Source: a virus
Virus record (IMG/VR): IMGVR_UViG_3300029448_000010
Span: 1-64,000 of that record
Length of the DNA: 64,000 bases
Strand: one strand, 5' to 3'
Shown piece by piece: positions 30,623 to 41,413 of the stretch. A model generated the notes under the pieces. It ran no database searches. It was given only the letters and a program-made list of their open reading frames with translations, and had not been told where the DNA came from. The translations under genes and the position numbers were made by a program. The first letter of the stretch is position 1. Each line of letters begins with the position of its first letter.

Positions 30623-31892
30623 CCATCTCAACCCTATATTCATTTTCATTACATTGTATGTATCTTTGTATTGTATTTACTATTTTAACCGTCATTGTGT
30701 CATTCAATAACGCTAAGGCTCTTGCTACAAATTGGTCGCCTAGTGAAGAACCGCCTGTCATATTATCAATACAAATTGGCCCTCTCCAAGTACCTTCTCT
30801 AACAGGCATTTCAGGATAAGATTGTAATGTTAATTCTTCTTCTGTGCAAGTATCTGCATACATTTCTTTATATTCAGCATTTTGCTGGTCTATTTCCGCA
30901 CAAGAAGCATCCCATTTTTGAATCGCTTCATTAAAGGCGTGTTCGGTAATAGAAGGAGAATAAACAAAGGTCGAAACCATTTGAATATCAGACTTGAACT
31001 TATTGTTAGTCAGTTTCCAATCCCAACCTTTACCACGAACATACATAGTAATAGGCTCATTATCTTCATAGATTACCTTTAGTCGATTAGGGTATTTTTC
31101 TGCCATATCTTTAACTAACTGCTTGGCCCTACTTTCAACAATATCCTGTTGCCTGTTCTGTTTCATAAATTCTATCATTACCTTTCTATTAGCAATTGTA
31201 GGAGCGTTACCTACGGTTCTCTCATAGAGTAATTCTGGAGAAATAAACATCCATTTTTTACTTCGTTTCTTATTATGAAGATAGAAACTACAAAAGTATT
31301 CTAATTCTTTAAGAGTCATTGTACCCCAAACACCATCACTAACTTCGATGGCAATTTCATCATCACTTATTTGCTGACAATCTAACCTAACCTCGGTCTT
31401 GACAAAATCAGAATAGAAGTGAAAGGGTACTTTATTTTCTAAACAATACTTTACATCTTCGGGAATACTCAATGCTGAATATAGTGCCTTTAGTAATTTA
31501 CCTGCATCATGCTCAAATGCGGCTTTCAGTGCCACTCTTGCTAATGCACATGCAATTGTACTAAGATTCTCTTTTTGACCGTTTACTGTTAAACGATTAC
31601 CTATTCTCCCAATTGCTATCGGACAAGAACCTATGTTAATTACACTGTTAAAATCAGAACTGGGGAAATCAAACACAGACGAAGCACTTCGTCTATAACG
31701 GCTATATCTTCGGGTCTTCTTTAAAGCCAGTTTAAAGAAATCAGTCAATGCTTTGTGTATTGGGTCTTTTGCGCTTCTGTCGTTATTAAGAGTTATATTT
31801 CTTCTCAAAGGAATATGGGAAGAAGATATTTGAGTACTCCAATATCCGCCTGAATCGTCTGGTTTTCTAATTTGTATTGTTACTGTATTCAT
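30609..31892 (-). CDS. Hypothetical 427-aa protein with E2-like GPICID motif near the C-terminus
   Basis: GTWRGPICIDNM resembles the UBC active-site segment GxICLD; no HPN motif seen. Confidence 0.45.
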   Translation of the reverse strand: MNTVTIQIRKPDDSGGYWSTQISSSHIPLRRNITLNNDRSAKDPIHKALTDFFKLALKKTRRYSRYRRSASSVFDFPSSDFNSVINIGSCPIAIGRIGNRLTVNGQKENLSTIACALARVALKAAFEHDAGKLLKALYSALSIPEDVKYCLENKVPFHFYSDFVKTEVRLDCQQISDDEIAIEVSDGVWGTMTLKELEYFCSFYLHNKKRSKKWMFISPELLYERTVGNAPTIANRKVMIEFMKQNRQQDIVESRAKQLVKDMAEKYPNRLKVIYEDNEPITMYVRGKGWDWKLTNNKFKSDIQMVSTFVYSPSITEHAFNEAIQKWDASCAEIDQQNAEYKEMYADTCTEEELTLQSYPEMPVREGTWRGPICIDNMTGGSSLGDQFVARALALLNDTMTVKIVNTIQRYIQCNENEYRVEMDEMQ

Positions 31893-32060
31893 ATTCTCAC
31901 ATCATATATTTATTGTCATTAATTTTATCGGCACACTCACGGTGCATTTCTTTTTTCATGTCTTCTGGCAATAATAATTGCCCTCCGCATATCCTACATT
32001 TAGTGGCTATTTTCTTTTTGTAAGACCAGCCACTCGTAACATATTCAGGGTCTTTATCTT

Positions 32061-32402
32061 TCATTCTTCCCACCTATCCATTATGTTACATACATTACAA
32101 TCTTTTCCTTTACAGTTTTTATCATGATACTGTAAAGCATCGTATCGTTGAATAAAGTTTTTCTTAGCATAGTGATTAAAACCAATATCCACTGCTTCGG
32201 GAAACTCCCATAGTATTACTTGTATGGTCTGCCAAAGCCTATATTTTTTATCTGATTCATCTTCTAAACCAGAACATGCGTTAAGGGCTAATTTAATTCT
32301 ATCCTTGGCAGAATTAGACCATTCGTTATCATAAGATACAATGACTCTTGCGAAGTCATCATATTTCAAATCACGAATATGTCTAATTCTGCGAGATTTC
32401 AT
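32061..32402 (-). CDS. Hypothetical protein
   Basis: ORF with SD; Cys-rich C-terminus. Confidence 0.55.
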   Translation of the reverse strand: MKSRRIRHIRDLKYDDFARVIVSYDNEWSNSAKDRIKLALNACSGLEDESDKKYRLWQTIQVILWEFPEAVDIGFNHYAKKNFIQRYDALQYHDKNCKGKDCNVCNIMDRWEE

Positions 32403-32411
32403 CTAATCACC

Positions 32412-34280
32412 TTAGATTTCACATGCTCCGCCAGCACAAGCCAATTCGCCTGTTAAGTTAGTATCATCCTGTTCTTCAGTAACCTTAGTTAAATCAATCT
32501 TCTTCAGATTAACCATCATTTTATCATAGGTTTCTTTATCAATAGTTTCAAACGGTGCTTGTTTGTAAGTACCGCCATCATAAGGAAGAACAGAAAGACC
32601 ATTGTAATAATGTCTATTCATCCATAGCCATTCGCCCACATCATCCCATTCATCCTCTTTAACAGATAGAGTAGCGGAGACATTGTGAGTATTCAATCCA
32701 TCAACATGCCCTGTTCTAACCCATCTAATGCTGAAATTCTTGACTCTCTCCATCAAATCAAATACTGATTCATGGCGAGTTATTGCATCTTGGGGTGCTT
32801 TTTGTGGTATAGAAATAACAGCCTGTTCTTCAGGATTAAAGTACTCATCCTCAACTAATTCAGGATGATTATTTAATAGATAAGAATAGATTGCTTCATT
32901 CTTTCCAACTCTAAGTCTTCTAACATAATACTCATCATGCCATGCGTGAATACCGCTACTAGTACCTAATACTAAAGAAGTGGTTCCGGCAGGTTTTACA
33001 CAAGTAATTCTTGCCGCAGGTTTAATCCCTATCAACTTAGCAATTTTCTTATTCTCTTGCTTTGCCGCAAAGGAAGCCATTTCTAAATCTAAACCTTCCA
33101 CGATATTAGAAGCAATACCTGTCATTGATACTCCAAGTAAAGCATCCTTTTCAGTATTCTTACGCCATACTTCTCTTAGATAATGAAAGTCAGTATATCC
33201 GGCTTGAAGCGTTCCTAAGAATGCCGCCGCTTTTACTCTTGCTTCTAAGTCTGCTTGGTCTATTACATCAGAAGCATTTACTTCTGTTAGATTACAAAAC
33301 TGATATGGTCGCAAGGCTATTTCACAACAAGGGTTAGTTCCCCAATCCTTGTCATTATTGAAATAGACCGCAGGTTCACCACTGCCACTATGTTGTATTC
33401 TTTCCCATAGACCCATAAAGAAGTCTTTAGTAACTCTATGTCTAAGGATTACTGCTGAATTGTTTGCTCTGCCTCTTTGTGGGTTGTTCTCCCACCAATT
33501 ACCGGCTTTACAACTAATCATCTTTGAATCATCAGCACTGAATAAACTAATCATAGCGGCTCTGCGAATACCACCGGCTAATACTGCATCTGCTAAATAA
33601 CACATAATATCATGTGCTTCTATTGATTCTAATTTAGAGCCATTAGTTTTATTTTGAAGCATTCCTTCTATTTTAACTAAACATTCCCTTAATGGCTGAA
33701 AACCCGGTGCTTTTCCACCACTAGTCTTTAATAGACTTCCTTTTGGTCTAATATCAGAATAATCAAAAATAGGACTACTACTCCTAATGCCGGTATAACA
33801 CTCCAAAAGGATTCTAATTGAATCGGCCCAACCTTCAATAGAGTCACTAATAAGATACCTGCGTTTTCTTTCGGGATTAGGTTGAATGATTTCTGGTAAT
33901 TGCTCAACATGATGTCGTTGTACCGAATATCCAACTCCCGTTCCACCGAGAAGTAAGAACATAGCCTCGCTAAAAGATAAAAGGGAATCAATAGGCATAT
34001 AAGCACAATTATAAACCCTATTTGGGCTAATTTCAATAGGCTTACCCCCAAATTGCATAGACCGCATAGAAGGGAGGACTTTCTTTGTTTTAACGAACTT
34101 TTCATATATTTCACCTATTTCTTTAGTTAATTCAGGATATGATTTAATGTGCATATCTCGGTTTCTCTTGGTTATTTCTTCCCAAGTCTCTCTTCTTTTC
34201 TTTGCCGGTAAATACCTTGCATACTTCATATGCACAGTAATATCCGATAATGTATCTATTGCTGTATTCATGTCTAACAC
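32412..34280 (-). CDS. nrdJ: Class II (B12-dependent) ribonucleotide reductase
   Basis: NCAY, GTNPCCEI, CNLTE, KPAGTTS, C-terminal CAGGACEI; no small subunit gene in the window. Confidence 0.92.
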   Translation of the reverse strand: MLDMNTAIDTLSDITVHMKYARYLPAKKRRETWEEITKRNRDMHIKSYPELTKEIGEIYEKFVKTKKVLPSMRSMQFGGKPIEISPNRVYNCAYMPIDSLLSFSEAMFLLLGGTGVGYSVQRHHVEQLPEIIQPNPERKRRYLISDSIEGWADSIRILLECYTGIRSSSPIFDYSDIRPKGSLLKTSGGKAPGFQPLRECLVKIEGMLQNKTNGSKLESIEAHDIMCYLADAVLAGGIRRAAMISLFSADDSKMISCKAGNWWENNPQRGRANNSAVILRHRVTKDFFMGLWERIQHSGSGEPAVYFNNDKDWGTNPCCEIALRPYQFCNLTEVNASDVIDQADLEARVKAAAFLGTLQAGYTDFHYLREVWRKNTEKDALLGVSMTGIASNIVEGLDLEMASFAAKQENKKIAKLIGIKPAARITCVKPAGTTSLVLGTSSGIHAWHDEYYVRRLRVGKNEAIYSYLLNNHPELVEDEYFNPEEQAVISIPQKAPQDAITRHESVFDLMERVKNFSIRWVRTGHVDGLNTHNVSATLSVKEDEWDDVGEWLWMNRHYYNGLSVLPYDGGTYKQAPFETIDKETYDKMMVNLKKIDLTKVTEEQDDTNLTGELACAGGACEI

Positions 34281-34654
34281 CTAAATTTGCTGGCTTTTGG
34301 TAATTCAAATAGAGTTGAAAAGGATGAAAGCCATTCACCTTTTTTACTAATTACCCACTCTTTTTCTTCTAAAAACTGCCAATCCTCAAAATTATGGATA
34401 GCAGAAGAATTATCCTCAAGTAATGTATTCACACTAGAGTATTCTTTTTCATTGAATATGATTTTAGTATCACCCGAAGCAAACATTATGCCGTATTTAC
34501 CACGGCCTAAGACATAGCCTTCGGGATAGAAGTCAGGCTTGAATACCGCAACTTCGTTTTGTATTATGGGGTCTGTAAGGTTCCACCCATTTAACTCAAA
34601 TAGTATTTTTAGTGCATCAGGAGATAAAAAATGCCTAAGATTCATTTTAACCAC
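34274..34654 (-). CDS. Hypothetical protein
   Basis: Operon-embedded ORF. Confidence 0.55.
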   Translation of the reverse strand: MVKMNLRHFLSPDALKILFELNGWNLTDPIIQNEVAVFKPDFYPEGYVLGRGKYGIMFASGDTKIIFNEKEYSSVNTLLEDNSSAIHNFEDWQFLEEKEWVISKKGEWLSSFSTLFELPKASKFRC

Positions 34655-34659
34655 ACTGC

Positions 34660-34702
34660 AAAAAGGGGAGAAAACAGGCCGGTTATGACCTATTTTCCCC
34701 CC
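34660..34702 (-). terminator. Hairpin plus T-tract downstream of the Ubl gene
   Basis: ggggagaaaa...ttttccccc stem with aaaaa on + (T-tract on -). Confidence 0.55.
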
Positions 34703-34732
34703 AACAATGCGAGGCTAAACTTACTTATTAGT

Positions 34733-34933
34733 TTAACCGCCAACGATAGCAGGTGTCAATTCAACCGAGTCTATTGTAGTCCAGTCAATCTCACTAATTG
34801 TTTCCCTTGCGGTCATTTCACCGTTAAGGAATACCCAATGTGTAGGGTGTGTGTCAATCTGTTCAATAATCTCATCAGAAGCCAACACTAATTCAGTGTG
34901 GCCTGTCTCGTTCAAAATTGTTAACTTAATCAT
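34733..34933 (-). CDS. Ubiquitin-like beta-grasp protein (SAMP/ThiS/MoaD-like) ending in Gly-Gly
   Basis: 66 aa; WVFLNGE and DSVELTPAIVGG C-terminus; GGAGA SD. Confidence 0.85.
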   Translation of the reverse strand: MIKLTILNETGHTELVLASDEIIEQIDTHPTHWVFLNGEMTARETISEIDWTTIDSVELTPAIVGG

Positions 34934-34969
34934 TCTATCATCTCCATTCTATTCTCTCTATGTTCTTGT

Positions 34970-34987
34970 ACCATATAAGGCGAGTCA
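34970..34987 (-). promoter_or_regulatory. Putative archaeal TATA promoter for the Ubl gene (TGACTCGCCTTATATGGT)
   Basis: A near-identical motif lies at 41414-41433. Confidence 0.55.
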
Positions 34988-35106
34988 TTCATTGTCACCA
35001 TCTCCGGCGTTTGCTAGTAAGGCTAGCGGCCCCGTTATTGTTGATACTACCACTATTGCAGGTACTATCATTATTGCATCTTTTATTAGTTTTAACATTC
35101 CCATAT

Positions 35107-36438
35107 TTATTCACCTTTTATTTTTTCTATTTCTTCACTTGCTTGTTTTCTAGTTAAGTTCTTTCTCCATTCTTTGTTATCTTCAGGAGCATAAAATAAG
35201 TCCTGTAAATAATTCAGTTGGGCTGGAGTAGCCATTTTGTTTAATATCTCTTTTAGTTTGTTTATTTGAGTGTCGCTTAGTGGTTTTTTAACAACCATTT
35301 GCTGTTTAACACTCTTTAGGAAAGACATCTCCCAAGCATTACTACCTAGTTTAGAATCAAATACTCTAATACCGTAGTAATTACACATCTGCTCAAATTC
35401 CTCTCCTAAACCATATGCACCATCCAAATAATCAGTTGCATTTGCTAACTTAATTTCTTTGGCTTTAGCCTCTCTAACCATTCTTTCTGCGATTTTTGCG
35501 GCTCTTTCTTTTTCTATTCTTTCTGCTTCAAGTCTTCTTGCTTCAACATTTTCAGGAAGATTGTAAATCCTTTCTTTTTCCAACCTTTCTTCTTCTCTTA
35601 TTCTTTGGTCTTCAAGAATACGCCGTCGCCTTTCTTCATCTCTGACTCTTCTTGCTTCTCTTCGTGCCAATTCTTCTGTTGTCTGCTTTAGAGCATAATT
35701 CATTTTATTATTGTATTCGCTTCTATGCTTTGCATTACACATAGCATCAAAGATAATCATGTCTTGCCACAACTTATCTGTTGGATAACCTCTTGTTTGA
35801 GATTGCGCCCTTGAATTATCAGGGTGTTCCCATCTCCAAACAATAGAAGCCATGCGATAGTAATTGCTAGTAGGTGCGCCTTCTGCTTTCTTTCTTAGTT
35901 TAGAAGAGTATTTGTATTCCTGAGAAACACCATGCCAATACAAATTAGTACCCTTAGCATTAATCAATATATCAATATCCTTGACTCTCTCATAAATAGC
36001 ATCAAACTGTTCACCGTTTTGGTGCATCCATGCTTTAGCCATCATAGTCTTTGTTCTTTCTTGAATCCACTTATCAATATCTCCTTGAGTAATGTCGGCA
36101 ATATCAATTCCTGTTCTTTGTGATATTTCTTTCATAATCAAGTATGTATTAATGTGGTCTGAACCAACACATTCAACTATACCGTTTTCTGTATTAACTA
36201 TCTCAAAGTGATATACTACACTATGACCACAAAGACATTTACCTCGCCCCATTTGCGAGTTTCTAACCCAATCCGGCATATTGTCTTCTCCGCCCCACCA
36301 AACATTACCTGTGGCTATCCATTCTTCTTTAGCCTCTTCGTAATTATCTGCTACGGATAATTCAACCATCTTCTTCATTAAAGCCCTGTCCCATCGACCT
36401 GAACCTAATTGTCTTTTTGCTACTATTGTTTCAGCCAT
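35107..36438 (-). CDS. Hypothetical protein with CxCGH...VGSDH metal-binding motif and coiled coil
   Basis: KCLCGHSVVYHFEIVN..NG...VGSDHI; R/E-rich coil. Confidence 0.65.
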   Translation of the reverse strand: MAETIVAKRQLGSGRWDRALMKKMVELSVADNYEEAKEEWIATGNVWWGGEDNMPDWVRNSQMGRGKCLCGHSVVYHFEIVNTENGIVECVGSDHINTYLIMKEISQRTGIDIADITQGDIDKWIQERTKTMMAKAWMHQNGEQFDAIYERVKDIDILINAKGTNLYWHGVSQEYKYSSKLRKKAEGAPTSNYYRMASIVWRWEHPDNSRAQSQTRGYPTDKLWQDMIIFDAMCNAKHRSEYNNKMNYALKQTTEELARREARRVRDEERRRRILEDQRIREEERLEKERIYNLPENVEARRLEAERIEKERAAKIAERMVREAKAKEIKLANATDYLDGAYGLGEEFEQMCNYYGIRVFDSKLGSNAWEMSFLKSVKQQMVVKKPLSDTQINKLKEILNKMATPAQLNYLQDLFYAPEDNKEWRKNLTRKQASEEIEKIKGE

Positions 36439-36440
36439 TT

Positions 36441-37672
36441 TTATTCACCATTATAATTTAATTTGTACTGTTTTGCTAGTGTGAGTGCATCATTGTAAGT
36501 GATATGGGAATTTCTTTCCATGTTCACTTTAACAATCCATGTTGCTATCTCCGCCACCGAATCTCCATCCGATAACATCATAGATAAATGTTTCATATAT
36601 CCCATCAGGACATCATCTCTTCGTGCCAATCTTTTTCAAATTGCCTTTGTTCCATAAGATAACTTGTCAAGATTGTGTCAATCTTTTCAGGTAAATTATC
36701 TATAATGCCAGCAATTAGTTTTCTATTCAGACTTAGCCATATCCTATGATAAGTGTTCAGAACCACCTTTGGTTCATCATTCTCATTCTGTGATATACAG
36801 ATAGGCGGTAGGTCTTCGCTATTTACTATTCTAAATTCAACATTTGTTCTTGGTTCTCTATTCATTCAAATCCCTCCTGCTAACGCAAAAATGTTAGATA
36901 CATTCTTGTGTGCAATAAATCCCTCAACAGTCGCTAAAAAGTCTTGAGAGTCATTAATATATTTACTGTGATTAACCAAGAGACTAGACACTGTTTGTGC
37001 TAGTTTCTGATTACTTAAACCTGATAGTAATTTAGACAACTCAAATGCTAGATGTTCTCTATAATTATCATCCATCATACATGAGATACATTCCTTCTTA
37101 ATCATACAATCGTGTTGATGGTCAGGTTCAATTACATATCCTTTACCTTTACATTCTAGACATTCCATCAGAAATCCGCCTCCGTATTAAATTCATCAAA
37201 GGTAGTCTTTTGAGTCCAATACTGATAGGCTAACATAGCAGTTAGCATCATATTGTAATTGACATGGTTAGGGTTATCCAAATAATTAGCATTGGCTTTA
37301 CCTAATGCGTTAGTTGACCCTATTCTCTTTTCATGCCTATATTCTCTATCCACAGGTACATGTACTGTACCGTATTCTTGTTCTAACAAGTCCGTTATTG
37401 TTTGTTCTATATCATTCATATTATTATTCCTCCTTTTTTACTAGTGGTGGAATCCACCTTGAGTTGTAAAGAGCGTTATATTCCTCCAAACATGACCCAC
37501 ATAATCTAAACTCTATTACTTCTTCATTGAAGGTAGTAGTCATATCATATGTTGCTCTAAGGCCACATCTTGTGCATTTTGGAACCGGAATAACCGGAAT
37601 CCTTTTTATTTGTTTAAATTTATTTCTAATCCAATTAATCATATTATCACCTAAATGGGCGAGGATAAACAC
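36441..37672 (-). CDS. Cluster of five small hypothetical/Zn-finger proteins (36441-36629, 36605-36865, 36866-37168, 37168-37419, 37424-37672)
   Basis: Tightly packed ORFs, two with CxxC pairs. Confidence 0.55.
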
Positions 37673-37971
37673 GCTTATGTTTTAATGCAGTTGGTATCAA
37701 TAGACATTGTACCAATGAATAAGTCGCACTTCAAACACTTTGCCCGCTAAGTAGCGTTTTTTTATTAGCAAACCTCTTTGTCTTGGTAGTGGATAGAACC
37801 ACCTATGTACTACCTTGACTATAATTTCTGATAGGCAATAATACCTACCCTTTTACCACTAACATATAGATGAATTACATCACCTTTTATTTCTAAATCG
37901 GTGACATCATCAATATACTTAGATGCCCAACCGAGCAAATATTCCTTTTTTAAGTCATTCATAATATCACA

Positions 37972-38307
37972 TCAAAAAGATTTACCGTGCATAAATTCAC
38001 GGCTTTCGTTATATTCAATCTTAGCCTCTATTGCACCTGCAATATCTAAGTCTTTACCAAAGGCATAATCCATAATACGGATTACTGCATCTGCCAATTC
38101 TTCTTCAACAGATGAGTATTCCATAATCTTATTAGAAGTGGGGTTATCATCCCTTAGTGCTTCTAATGCTTCACTTATTTCAGCATGAATTAAAGCCATC
38201 CGTTCACCGTCATTTGGAACCTCTTTCCAAAAACCATGATTAACTGCATTCTTGTAAACCTTCTTGGCTATCTTATTCCATTGTTTTTCAAAACTCAAAT
38301 TTTTCAC
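37972..38307 (-). CDS. MazG-like NTP pyrophosphohydrolase
   Basis: ALIHAEISEALEA...EEELADAVIRIMD...KIEYNESR. Confidence 0.85.
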   Translation of the reverse strand: MKNLSFEKQWNKIAKKVYKNAVNHGFWKEVPNDGERMALIHAEISEALEALRDDNPTSNKIMEYSSVEEELADAVIRIMDYAFGKDLDIAGAIEAKIEYNESREFMHGKSF

Positions 38308-39125
38308 CTCTATTAATTGCCGCTTCTTGTAACTTCGCTATATGCCTTCTTGGTGCATGTTGCTTTGCCATTACCTGTATTAATGATTCACTAACACTAG
38401 CAGGTACAGGCACTATCGTTGCACATTTGCTACATAAAGGCTTATTCGTTTTATCACATATTGTTACTGATGACTTGCTACCTTTACAAAAGGCACAAGC
38501 CGGTTTCTTACTCATCATATTCTTCAATCCTACCATATTTATTCCTCCATATTATTTACCGGACAATCAACATTTAATGTTTGATGGTCTAAGTTATTGC
38601 ATTCGCAAATATCTTCAGGATTATCTCCATCGACCCATGTTCCTTTTACAAGATAATAACCACAATCATTGAGTAAGTCTGAAGCATCTCTTAATAACTT
38701 TGAGAGGAATATGATATATTCTGCACATTCAGTACATGCTTTTTCTTCCATAATCTCATCAAATAGTCTCACTGTATCTTCTATTCTCATATTCATTCCT
38801 CACATACACATCTAACTTGAAATGTTCTCCACGCATCAGTAAAAGATACATTATCAAGAGCGTTATATTTAGCCGTAGCGTCACAAGTCCTACATGTCAT
38901 TGTTTCCATTTGTACTAATTTTCCATTCATTCAAATACACCCCATAAACATTCTAGCCCATTCGCTAAACTTACTGTAATAAACTACATCATCTGCATTT
39001 ACTTCAGACAAGTCGAAAGAAGCATCAGTTAAGAATACTACGCTTTTAGTACCTTTATCCCATGCTACTTCTTTGGTTATCTCCCATTCATCTAGTGCTT
39101 TTATCATTATACTATATTTATTCAT
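38288..39125 (-). CDS. Small hypothetical proteins (38288-38536 Zn finger, 38539-38796, 38931-39125)
   Basis: Co-directional small ORFs. Confidence 0.5.
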
Positions 39126-39129
39126 ATTA

Positions 39130-40563
39130 TCATCTCTTTGGTTTTGGCCCGCAATAGAACAGATTCTTCTTTGCTCTAGTAATTGCTACATAGCAAATGT
39201 TTCTCTCTTCTTTAGGATTAGTAGCCTTTGGGTGAGGCATTCTTTCAGTAGCAAGGATATATACATTGTCTGCTTCAAGACCCTTGGCCTTGTGAACAGT
39301 GGATAGCATAATCTCACCTTTGTCATTGTTATCGAATACTCTCTTAATTTCAGCAATAATTCCACCAACAGTGTCAGCCTTACTTGAAAGAATAAGCAAA
39401 CATTCATGCTTGTCTTCAAGGTTATTTGCTTGGTTAAACTTCTCAGCCTTAACCAATTTATTATACTGGAAAGTATAGTCTTGTTGTAGTAAATCAATAA
39501 ACTCTTTTGAACCCATACTCTCGTTAGAAGTAATCTTCTTAACTGCATTAATCAATCCCTTAGTCATGTCACGGCCTAGAATATAGGCAGACTTACCTTG
39601 AAGGATTAGGTCATAGAAAGCAGAAACTAGCGGTGCATTATATCTGCACAATACCATATCTCCCTCTAAAGGAGTAAAGGCCGCATTTACAATTACATTA
39701 CCATCTTCTGCATCAGAACGGCAACTAAAATCTGTTACATATCTGTTTGCTTCAGCAACGACGCTTTTAGGACATCTCCAAGTTAGACTCAAGGAGAAAC
39801 GCTTTGTTTCTCTATCATCATGACTTAATCTTTCAGCAAACATATTCATTGAATTTGAATCTGCTCCACGGAAGCCATAAATTGCCTGATTAGGGTCGCC
39901 TACAATAATACATCTGCCGCTTCCCACACATCTTGAAATTAACTCTCTTTGCATTTCATTGAAGTCTTGCGCTTCATCAACGAATAGAGTATCAAAGGTA
40001 GGTAATGGCATGTTTAGCACCAAAGGCAACCAAATCATATCATCAAAATCAATCATTGAAGTATTCTCCATACATCTGTTAAGAATGGCTGGAATGTTCG
40101 CTAATGCGATTGCTTCTTCACGGTCTGATTTAAATTCAACATTGTATTCATCAATTAGTCTATGAATTTCTAGAACATCATTACCATCAATCAATGAACC
40201 TTTAATTAGACTAATTAGTTTAACTAGTGGCTGTGCGTAAAAGTCACGACCTAGAATATCATCAATAATATTCTTTACTTTGAAGTTGTTTACTTTGGTT
40301 TTGATACCTGCGGCTCTTAATGCTGCAAATCCTAAAGCATGGAAAGTTTTTGCTTCAACATCATTAGGAAGTCTTTCTCCTAATTCAGTCGCTATTGACT
40401 TATTAAATGCCAAAAACGCTTTCTTATTTCCATTATCTCTATTCGCTCCTTCAACAATTGTAAAGGTTTTACCAACACCGGCTCCCGCATCAACTATGAT
40501 GTGTGAGTTACCGTGTGCTATTTCCTCCCATATTGCTCTTTGTTCTATTGTTCCATTTATCAT
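39130..40563 (-). CDS. UvrD/Rep-like superfamily 1 helicase
   Basis: AGAGVGKT, VDEAQD, VGDPNQAIYGFRGA, STVHKAKGLE, YVAITRAK. Confidence 0.92.
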   Translation of the reverse strand: MINGTIEQRAIWEEIAHGNSHIIVDAGAGVGKTFTIVEGANRDNGNKKAFLAFNKSIATELGERLPNDVEAKTFHALGFAALRAAGIKTKVNNFKVKNIIDDILGRDFYAQPLVKLISLIKGSLIDGNDVLEIHRLIDEYNVEFKSDREEAIALANIPAILNRCMENTSMIDFDDMIWLPLVLNMPLPTFDTLFVDEAQDFNEMQRELISRCVGSGRCIIVGDPNQAIYGFRGADSNSMNMFAERLSHDDRETKRFSLSLTWRCPKSVVAEANRYVTDFSCRSDAEDGNVIVNAAFTPLEGDMVLCRYNAPLVSAFYDLILQGKSAYILGRDMTKGLINAVKKITSNESMGSKEFIDLLQQDYTFQYNKLVKAEKFNQANNLEDKHECLLILSSKADTVGGIIAEIKRVFDNNDKGEIMLSTVHKAKGLEADNVYILATERMPHPKATNPKEERNICYVAITRAKKNLFYCGPKPKR

Positions 40564-40887
40564 TGTTATTCCTCCATTTTTATTTGTGAGTAGGTGGGAG
40601 AAGGAGTGCGATGTATAAATACATCATATCTTCTTGTTGTAGCCCCTTGCTCTCGACTTCTCCCGTTGAAGCGGTAATACTTGGTATTACTTTTTGCTCC
40701 AATACTAAGGGGGGCCACACTATATGAAGGGTGCCGCAGGTCGCCCGACCCCCCTTGATTAACAATTAAATGCCAATCTAGGGTCACTTAACAGTCAATA
40801 AAAAAAGCCCCCACCGAGAGCGAACTCCCGATGAGGGCAATAGCCTGTTAAGGCGAAACCATACCGACTTAATCAAAGCGAATTACT

Positions 40888-41364
40888 TCACTCTGAAGAA
40901 TCATCTGACAAAAGCGAGTTAACGCTTCCATCCCATGTCTTTAGACGATACTGCTTAGAAAGCATGTTTCGTACTTTCTTAGTCTGTGCCGAAGCATAGT
41001 CTTCAGCAGAGTCAAATACTCCGCCACCGGACTTTGCGTGTTTTAGAGACACTGCCGCTATAATACCATCATGGTTATAGTACGCTAATGCCGCTTCTTC
41101 AACAACTCCACAAATGCGGTCAATTGCTACTCTAACTGCTGCTGGAACACTACTTCTTTGTCCACGACGGCCCAAAGGTGAACCATCACGGCCCTTCAAT
41201 AGTGCCTTTAGTGCGTTTGTAGCCGCATCTCTTTCATTCGGGTTTTCCTGACCAACTTGAAGGTGCAACTCAACAACTTGCTTGAGTGCGCCATCTAACT
41301 GTTCATCTGCTTCTAGGTAATCGTTAATCTCGATAACGAGACTGTCCCATTTTACATCTTCCAT
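40888..41364 (-). CDS. Early protein, paralog family member 1 (likely start MEDVKW)
   Basis: Shares SP..xxGxxS, H.K(S/T)GG, WDG with the 44710 and 45513 proteins. Confidence 0.7.
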   Translation of the reverse strand: MEDVKWDSLVIEINDYLEADEQLDGALKQVVELHLQVGQENPNERDAATNALKALLKGRDGSPLGRRGQRSSVPAAVRVAIDRICGVVEEAALAYYNHDGIIAAVSLKHAKSGGGVFDSAEDYASAQTKKVRNMLSKQYRLKTWDGSVNSLLSDDSSE

Positions 41365-41413
41365 ATTTCTCAATTCCTCCCCGCTAACTACGGGGCAAAC
41401 TCTCCACTGGCTA

